DNA of 64,000 bases. Origin: the human T2T-CHM13v2.0 reference genome, Homo sapiens. The position numbers were made by a program, and so were the translations under genes. A model generated the notes under the pieces. It was not told the DNA's origin and searched no databases. It saw nothing but the letters and a program-made list of their open reading frames with translations. How positions within the stretch are numbered: the first letter of the stretch is position 1; each line of letters opens with the position of its first letter. Shown here piece after piece: positions 1-10,692 of the stretch. The stretch lies in the NCBI RefSeq assembly GCF_009914755.1, contig NC_060928.1; one strand, written 5' to 3'.

Positions 1-418
1 ATAATTATAATATAATTATATATTATATTATATATTATTATATATAATATAATATATAATTATATTATAATATATAATATAATTATATTATAATATAATT
101 ATAATATATAATATGTTATAATATAATTATAATATATGTTATAATATAATTATAATATATAATATGTTGTAATATAATTATAATATATAATATGTTGTAA
201 TATAATTATAATATATAATATGTTGTAATATAATTATAATATATAATATGTTGTAATATAATTATAATATATAATATGTTGTAATATAATTATAATATAT
301 AATATGTTGTAATATAATTATAATATATAATATGTTGTAATATAATTATAATATATAATATGTTGTAATATAATTATAATATATAATATGTTATAATATA
401 ATTATTATATATATATAT
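1..418. repeat. AT-rich minisatellite with a 28-bp unit (AATATAATTATAATATATAATATGTTGT) inside (TA)-rich low-complexity DNA
   Basis: TGTTGT recurs exactly every 28 bp at 165, 193, 221, 249, 277, 305, 333 and 361; variant TGTTAT units flank it. Confidence 0.95.
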
Positions 419-1649
419 GGCAGAAAACAAGGTAATTGTATTTTCATACAGGTATTGGATCCCATAAAAATTTTGAAGCTTGGGCAATATCCACCTGGGC
501 TTCTCAACATGGCCAAACCTCTAAGACATGTGAGCTTACCTGACAACGCACAACTTGGCTGTAGCCATTGATTATCCCACTGATTGCTGGAGAAGCTAAG
601 CCAAGTTGTTGCTATTCTGCTTCACGTATCCGATCAGTTCAGTCATCCTTAGGCTACAAGGCACTGCATAACGGCAATAAGACCCCTTTAATGCCCTTAT
701 CTTCCAGAAAAATCGGCTTAGGATCCAATCTATAGAGCTCCATTGGACTTTTATGTTACCATTTTCCACAAATGTCATTAGCTCCCATCTGAAAGTCACC
801 TAAAGCCACATCTTCCAGGCATTGCTGGAAACTGCCATAAGCTAGGCTCTGCTGATGTCACCACCACGTGGAAGCGAAGTGTGGTCTGTATACTCTTTAG
901 CGGTTTCTCTTTGCTTTAGATGTGCACCCAATGCTTGAAGCTTACAAAGCTTAGAGAGGCCCGAGTTTTTGGTAGAATATGTTGGTGTTCTACTGTAAAG
1001 GCAAAGTATCAAACTGTTTATTGACTGTGAGATTAGAAATTCTCGGTGGATATTTAGTTAGCTTTGTGTGTTCTCCAGACAGGTTTCCAAGAAACAGCTC
1101 TAGGCAAAGGAGGGCATTATTCTGTTCACATTTTTCATGTAGAATTACATGTTTTGGGGGTCCCAAAAGGCCATATTTTGGAATATATCCAAATCACCGT
1201 GTGCATGTTCCTTTCTTGACCACAATTCCTCCAACACAAATCAAATTTAGAAGCTTCCTATGGTTCCAGATGGTCAGAATCTGAACATATCTAATTACCA
1301 TTTCCCATTGGGATTATTGCCAACTAGGGGCTGAGCTTCTGTCCAAATGACATCTACTTTCTCCTTAGTTACTTCTGATTCTTGCGTCTTGCCTATTGCC
1401 AATTATGAAAATGAAATAAAAATGTTCAATTTGTTTACTGAATTCCTGTCTTCATTTAGTTTATGTAATTCAAAATGAGAAGCAGCAAAAGTTCTTTTAA
1501 TGTAAACCATTCAAAATGGAGGAATCTTTAAATAAAGAGAAAACAGTTGGAGCTTTAAAACATCTATTATTTTTAAATTTCTCCTTTTTTTCTTCTATTT
1601 TGAATCAAAGCTACTGTGGGCACAGATCTTGTATAGTTAATTACTTCCC

Positions 1650-2250
1650 CCACATTTATTTAGCATGTACTATGTTTATCGAACTTTGTTAGCTATGATG
1701 AGAGATGTAAAAATGGACAAGATTTCATTCTGCCTTCTAGGAATTTAGGGTCTTGTAGAAAAACAGATAGGTTAAAAACGTTCTGTGTCACAAGGAATTA
1801 AACAGTGCTTTTAGGGAAGAGACGAAGATCAGTGGTGGACAAGAGACTCTCTGTAACTTGAATGTGCTTTTCATCTTAGGTAGTTACAAATAATCCAAGT
1901 AAGTTATTTTTGAAACCTGGAAATAAAAGCTCATAACACAAGACAGAATGTCATGTGTTTTCATAGAATTTTAAACAAAACACTCAGGGGAGCAGGGATG
2001 GGAAAATTAATTCTACCTGGGTGGCCTTTGTAGAGGCAGTGCCATGTGAGCTGGTTTTGATGGGTGGGGAGGGGAGGAAAATCCCTGCAGGGGTATCGCA
2101 CAGAGCTCATGGAAATATTAGGGTTAAACTGGGAGGTAGCGGCGTTTGAAGTTTGCCTGAAGAAATTTCAGTGAATGAAAGCAGGAGACTGTGAGACTGA
2201 TGGGTGGGCAGTAGAAGCCCTTCAAAACCAAGTGAAGGAGTCTAGATTTA
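1650..2250 (-). mobile_element. Degenerate L2 fragment(s)
   Basis: Resembles the reverse complement of the L2 3' end (catttatttagcatgtactatg...gaatttagggtc); boundaries approximate. Confidence 0.45.
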
Positions 2251-2406
2251 GATTTTTCATTCCCTAGCTCAGCATTTCTCTAAGACTGATCTTCAAAGTA
2301 CTGGCCCCATGAGAGGCACTGAATGTGAGATCTACATACTTGAAGATTCATCATAGACATTAGAATATTAAAAGCTCTGATCAGTCCTGCAGTAGAGATT
2401 TTTGCT

Positions 2407-2728
<322 letters not shown>

Positions 2729-2834
2729 TTATTTAACCCAACGTTTCCTAAAGGCTTCTGACTACAGAATTCTTTAAAATATAATACTATGGAAGGAAGT
2801 ACTTTGAGTCTACACAGAGCTAACACTTACGTAG

Positions 2835-3385
<551 letters not shown>

Positions 3386-4540
3386 ATATAACACACAGCT
3401 CCCTAAATGCTGTTTCTGAACAGAAGAGTAATGTGATCATCATTAGGCTTGAGAAAGACAATGTTGATGGCTTTGCAAAAACTTAGAGGATGAATCGGTT
3501 GACTCCATTAGGCAATTCTTTTTCCTTGTTTTATTGTGAAAAATTTCAAACTCACAGAAGAGCTGAAAGAACAATACAATGAATACCTGTATACTCAGTA
3601 CCTAGATTCAATTGTTAACATTTTGCCATATTTGTTTTATATACTTTTTTACCTCCTGAGCCAGTTGAGAGTAAATTTCAGGCTTCATGACTTGTCACTG
3701 CCAAATACTTCAGTATGTGTATCTTATACATAAGAACAGTTTAGAACGTTATGCTAACATCAAGTGAGAGGTAATGAGTGCCTCAGCTAGGGCTGCAGCA
3801 ATTCAAAGAAGGGGGTGAAGCAAGAGAAGTGTGGATTACTCGTTTGTCAGCTACTTTCAGAAGATATTCTCTTAAGGTGGTTTTTCTTACATCGTGATAA
3901 GGGCCTGGCACACTTTGCCACTTGTGAACCCCAAGAAGGAGCCTAATTTACAATGGGCTTAAGCAAAATATAACCTGGGTGTAAAGTTAGTGTCAAAATA
4001 TAAGCACATACTCTATGTCCTTGTCTGATAAAACTTACACTGATATTGATGCTTCTTTTTATTAACAAGAATAATGTACAGTTTTCAGTTATTGGACACA
4101 TATGTCTTGAGTATTGTTGTAGACACATTATACACATCAGTAGTGGAAATAAAGGGAGAATTCATTTTAATTTTATTGCTTCAGAAATCTGGACCACTCA
4201 TCACCTTTTAAATGAATCAGAAAAAATCAGAAAAAATCAGAACCTACTTGAATTTCGACATTTTTTGATCTGCTGGTGGAGAGAATTATCTTTTGTGTTT
4301 TAAGTTCAAATTAGACACCTTCTAAGTGTGAGCATATCAAGTGCCCATTACCACCCAGATGAATTAGTCTTGTTTGGAGAAATGGCTGATTCCAGGTGTT
4401 GAGGAAGAAAAGTCTCGGTTTAACCTGAAATATTTTATTGACTAGGAAACTATACAAATGCTCAAATAATGATAGAGTTATCAAAAAGCCAAAGAGCTGA
4501 CTGAAAAGGACTCCTATTAACCTAATTAGGGATAATTTGA

Positions 4541-4904
<364 letters not shown>

Positions 4905-5502
4905 AAATATAAACATTTCTTGATTCCAAAGTGATACTAGGAATAAAGAAAGAGAGGCAGGAAGATAGAGAAAAGGAGAAAAGAAAATCTTTTCTTTAAA
5001 GCAGAATGCCAGCTAATAAGTACAGAAAGAATTATAGAATTAGAAAATCTCTGTTTTGCAAACTTCCCAGTATAATAATTGATTTAGGTGAGAAACATCT
5101 CTGAATGCTAAAAACCATTGGGTGCAAGATCGTTGAGGGATCGGGTATTCACACAGTTTTGAAAAATCACACTATGTATTATTTATTAATTACGATGTGA
5201 TGAAGTATGCCTTTGCAATGGAGAGACCTGGCAGTTACCATTGTCCCAAATCGTCAAACTCTCCATTGCAACTATGGGTTAGGCTATTAGGTGCCTCCGG
5301 ATGTTATGGAGTGGGAGGTACACAGCATAACCTAAGTGGAGTTCTTGCCAGAAATGTCTTGTCTAAATGCAATCATGAGGAAACTGTCAAACAAATTCAG
5401 GAGATGGAACATTCTGTAGAACAATTGGCTTGGACTTGTCAAAGGATTCGGTGTCAGGAAGAGCAGAGGGTCACAGTGGAAGACTAAAGAAATACAGCAT
5501 TC

Positions 5503-5847
<345 letters not shown>

Positions 5848-5927
5848 CTATAAAAGACATTTTGAGGACAAGTGGGGCAATTTCAGTATGGCTAAGATGT
5901 TTAATGATGTTATTGAATTCACTTTTT

Positions 5928-8900
5928 TTTCCTTTTTAAGAAGTTGAATTTAATTTTTTGAAGTAATTACTTAGGAAGAAATGCAGAGGAGTTCCATAGA
6001 AAAAGATGACAACCAGAACGATATTCCACCAGCCAGATTTTTAAAATTCCTCCACTCTGAAATTTCTTTTTTGTCAGCTAAAACTATTTTCTGGGTCAGT
6101 TTCCTTAAGGTGAGCCTTGTTCACATTCAATATCAAACCCAGTGCTGATATTTGTTATTTTGGTTTCATTTTCCTTTTTGCATCTTTATGTTTCTTCTGA
6201 CAATCCACACGCAGGTTGTTTGTTCTGGCATCCCAAGAGTTCCTGCTAATATTACTCCCCACTCCTCTCCAGAATAAATCAGAGCCTACTTCTACTTGAA
6301 GTCTTTCATCATTCTTAGAGAAAAAGAAAAATCTAGTGGTCTCTTTCTCAGGTAATGATGCTTCTCCAGGACTGGACTTTCTGTGATCTGTTCCTTCAGT
6401 AACATCTTCCTCTTCTGAACTGCTGTCTTGGAAACGAGGGTCTTCCTCGTCTCCAGAAACCTGGAAAGACAATCTTTCCAGGTTTCACTGTTTCAACTCT
6501 GTGGGTCTCTTCCTTTACGTCTTTAGTGTCTGAATCAAAAAAGGAGAATGTGAACCTGCTGGGCTGCTCAGCCCCACTGGTCAGCTGCAGGGTCCTGGAT
6601 TTCCTCAGGTTTATCTTTACCACACTCCTCATTCCAGGGTGTGTCCTCTTCCTTTTCACCGGCATATTTTGAAGTTTGAAATATTTCTTTCAGATCCATA
6701 GCAATGTTATAATACGTTTCTTTGGACATCTCACGTAGCTTTTCAGCTTCCTCCCTTTTCTTTTTTCGTTTTTCTTTACTTTCTTTTGGTTTATCATCTA
6801 TTTTTCTTTCATAAGTGGCATGGTCTTGCTTTGTTGGATCATAATGTACGATGCCCTTAAATTTCTTAGCAGCTACTGATCCTTTGTAGAATTGCTTAAG
6901 TTGATTTTCAAAACACTTTGTACAACATCCAGGCTTTCTTTTTTTCTTCAGCAAGCTCTTCTTCCTAGCGGGTTTCTTTTCATTTACCTCTTCCTGTTCG
7001 TCTTCACTGTCACTTTCTAGAAATCGAGAATTCATGCAGAATCTGTCATCAGTGCCAAAGTGCGACTGTAAATCCATGAGCTTCTGTCCAGCTCTGCCCT
7101 CAAACTGAGGTTTAATTTTGAACCTGTTACTGTCATCTTCAGAATCAGATTCCTCATCATCACTGCTATCAGGCAGCTTCCCCAATGTTTTACCCATAGA
7201 CTATTTCACCCATTCCTCTCCTGGATGTCTCTGCTCCTGAGTCGATATCTCCTCTGTTTCACATTCACTGTCAGAACCGAAGATGATGTACGTTAGTTTA
7301 TCCTCTGGATGACCATCCAAACTTGCCAGAGCATTATCCACCAGCTTCTTCTGCACTTCTTTTGCTTTTTGCCTCACTTCCAAGGCTACCAAATGCTTCT
7401 CATCGTCTTCAGCATGCTTATCCTTAGCACTCAGATCTGACGAATTACTAATAGAAAGTGAGAAATCAGTTTTGATTTCCTGAGTGTCCTTGGATGAGAA
7501 CTTTGGTGATTTCTCAAGAGATGTGAGGCTGCTTGAGTCAGACCTCTCTTCCTCTGAAGCTTCTGTCTTGTGGTACTATGGCAGCTGTCTTTGTCAAAGC
7601 CTATGTTGTGAGTCTTTGCACTAAGACTTAAGGACTTCTTACCTTTTAATGGCAATAAACTAGAAATAGAATTCTTACTTCTCTTTTCAGAACTGCTAGT
7701 GGACATTGCCTTGCAATCCTGGCTCTCAGAAGTGTTCTATCTTTTTTGAGGCTGAATATAGTTGGGCCATTCGCCTTCTTTGCATGTTGGCACAGAGTCA
7801 GTTCACCCGATGAGCCATTAACATATGGGGACCCATCTTCCATGGATATGATCCTGGGATCCACATGTTTCATGGAATTCTGATCTTTATTAATATTGTT
7901 AGAGGCAACATTGTCTTTCAAGGATTTTTTTATTGACTCCTTTTTCATATAAACAGCCTACTCCCTTGAAAACCTGGAATTCTGGCTTTCAGTTGTTTTC
8001 CTTTGGTTTCTGTTTGCCACAGGTGCTCTCCTCTCCTTCTAACAGGAAAGCCACAGTGTCGTCAGGACAAATACAGTGTCTGCGTCTGTGGAGGCCAGTG
8101 GGAGTCTTGGGGCTGTTGGAGCCTCTGTCAAACTTGCATTGTGTGGTGGTTTCTGGCCCGTCACTCTCAGTATCTTCATTGGAAACCTTCTGTTCACTGC
8201 CAGCCAATTGTTCCAAATCAGCTAAAGTGAGATTCACACGAAGGCGGTTTTTCGTCATGGCATTATACTCCTTGTCTCCTTCAGAGTCAGCTAATTCTGA
8301 TGCAGAATCAGCATCTTCATTGCTATTGGAGTGAGAGGGAGATTTGCAATTAAGAGCCTTTAATCCATGACCGAGGGCTGACTCTACATTGCTTTTTCTT
8401 TCTTGTACTTTAATACAGTGATCAGAAGCTCACAGTTTTCTCTATTTTTGAAGGAAGTTTTCTTGTCTGTAGATTTTTCCATTTGTGAAAATTCTGTACT
8501 GTTTTTGACCTTAGCAACATTTTTTTTCATCGCAATGATTTCTTCTGTATCTCCTGAGTCATACTCACAATCATTTCTCGTAATATCATCATCACTGTCA
8601 TGGCAAGAGGCACTATTTTTGATACCTAAACCTGTTGAAGAATGCAATTTGTGAACTCCTGATTTGAAGTTATCCCTTACAACTTCAAAGGGATCAGTTT
8701 CAGGTTCATTTATTGAGGATTGTATAGTTCTCTGTAAGTTTTCCTCTTTTGCAACCATCATTCTTAATTCATCTTTAGAATCAATATAATCATCAGAAAT
8801 GCCACTTCTCTTCTTGGCAGTTTCCAATCCAGAAGTCCTAAAAGGTAGATTTTAAAGTTTCTGAGTATCAGAAACAGGTACAGGAGATGATTTAGGAGTA

Positions 8901-9851
8901 GTGGAATTAGAAGTTCTTTTTCTGTGCAGCTTGTTGCTGTGTTAAGGGTGGTCTCTCTATTACCCACCTGGGCCTTGGACTCATGGCCAGAGACCCAGTG
9001 GAACTCTCATCCCTCTGCACTTTTATCATCTTCTTGGGAGGGCCATGAAAGTCAGAGAAGTCTCCTCACCATTTCTTACTCATAGGGTCATTCCCTCCTT
9101 CCAGTTCCCAAGTCAGGCTGGATATAGGAATGGTGTTTGTGAAATCCTCCCCTATCTTCTTTAGGTTGTGGCAGTATTTTGAGGGATCATATTTTATAAT
9201 TTTACATTTATGATAAATTTTAAGGTGAAGAACAAGTAACACTCTTCCAAATTTGCTCACAACCCAATTCTTATACCCTGGCGCTTCTGTCCCTGGCGCA
9301 GCTTTCATATGGAATTCCACTCCTCCTATCTTTTCTAACAAGTTGATGTTACCTGTTGTTGATTTTCCTTTCTTAGCTTTTGCTTCTTCTTTCTCTTGGG
9401 CCAATCTGTGCAAAAAGCTTTCTTTTGCTAGTTGAATTTGTAATGTTCTACCTTTCCATTTTGTTTTATTTAAAACGGATATACATTTTTTCAGGTCTGC
9501 TTCTGCTACACTGATGCTGATATATGCAAAGACTTTCTGTGGGTTTCCATGGTCATCTTTCCGTGTGATGATCTCCACATCTGAAACTTCTGCAAATCTG
9601 CTGAACTGATTTTGGAGGACTGTTTCAGAAATTTCCTGGCTAAGACCATCCACATAAAGGGGCTTCATTTCTCTTTCACTTTCATGAAAGCTGGTGGTGT
9701 GTTTTAGTGGGAAAAGTAATTTTCTCAGCCTTCCTTCTCTGAGAAGACCCAGAGAAGTAAAGAGAGAGGCTTGGAAACGGCCTTGTGATTCTCATGCCCC
9801 AAACCCACTCCTCACCATGTCATCACCTAAAGCCAGCACTGCTGCAGCCCC
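5928..9851 (-). pseudogene. NOL8P1: Processed pseudogene of NOL8 (nucleolar protein 8): 5' UTR ~9851-9686, disabled CDS 9685-6155, 3' UTR and poly(A) remnant
   Basis: ORF fragments match NOL8 from the N-terminal RRM (LQNQFSRF.EVSDVEIITRKDD.GNPQKVFAY) to the C-terminus (KKHKDAKRKMKPK). No introns; many frameshifts and stops; ATTAAA near 5950 then a T-run on the + strand; 14-bp TSD TGAATTCACTTTTT at 5914-5927 and 9852-9865. The parent is secure; the symbol NOL8P1 is assumed and needs genome alignment. Confidence 0.95.
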
Positions 9852-9878
9852 TGAATTCACTTTTTAAAAGGCCTGGTA

Positions 9879-10259
<381 letters not shown>

Positions 10260-10337
10260 CTAAAATATTTAGGGATAAACTGTCATGTTGTTGCCAACGT
10301 ACTTTAGGATGGCTTGACAGAAAGAAGTGTGTGTAGG

Positions 10338-10692
10338 TTCCAGTTTTAGTTCTTTCGGGATGTTACAACAAAATACCATAGACTGGAGTGCTTATAAACA
10401 ACAGAAATCTATTTCTCACAGTTCAAGAGTGTGGGCAGTCCAAGGTCAAGGCATCAGCAGATCTGGTGTCTGGTGAGAACCTACTTTCTGGTTCATAGAT
10501 GCCGCCTTTTTACTGTGTCCCCATGTGGTAAAAGAGGTGAGGGGTCTTTTTCAGACTTTTTTTTTATAAGGGCAATAATTCCATTCATGTGAATTCTACC
10601 TCCCCAAAGTCCTAACTACTAATATCATCATCCTTGGGGTTAGGATTACAACATATGAATTCTGGGGGGACACTAACATTCTGACCATGGCA
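10338..10692 (-). mobile_element. MaLR solo LTR (MLT1A-like)
   Basis: acaaaataccatagactgg..ttataaacaacagaaatctatttctcacagtt..tccaaggtcaagg..caacatatgaattctgggggga. Confidence 0.85.

Noticed and set aside
1-418. Regular 28-bp repeats as a CRISPR-like array
   Set aside because: The units are contiguous with no unique spacers, there are no cas genes, and the DNA is primate
452-530. Plus-strand exon-like segment (ttttcatacag ... CAT|GTGAGC)
   Set aside because: No recognisable peptide or partner exon. It also shows that such signals arise easily by chance, which tempers the minus-strand exon findings
7933-9435. Plus-strand ORFs 7933-8334, 8003-8230, 8403-8654 and 9253-9435
   Set aside because: Antisense shadows of the NOL8 coding sequence
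6155-9685. Functional NOL8 gene or retrogene
   Set aside because: Frameshift near codon 4 plus many later stops and frameshifts; intronless with TSD and poly(A) remnant
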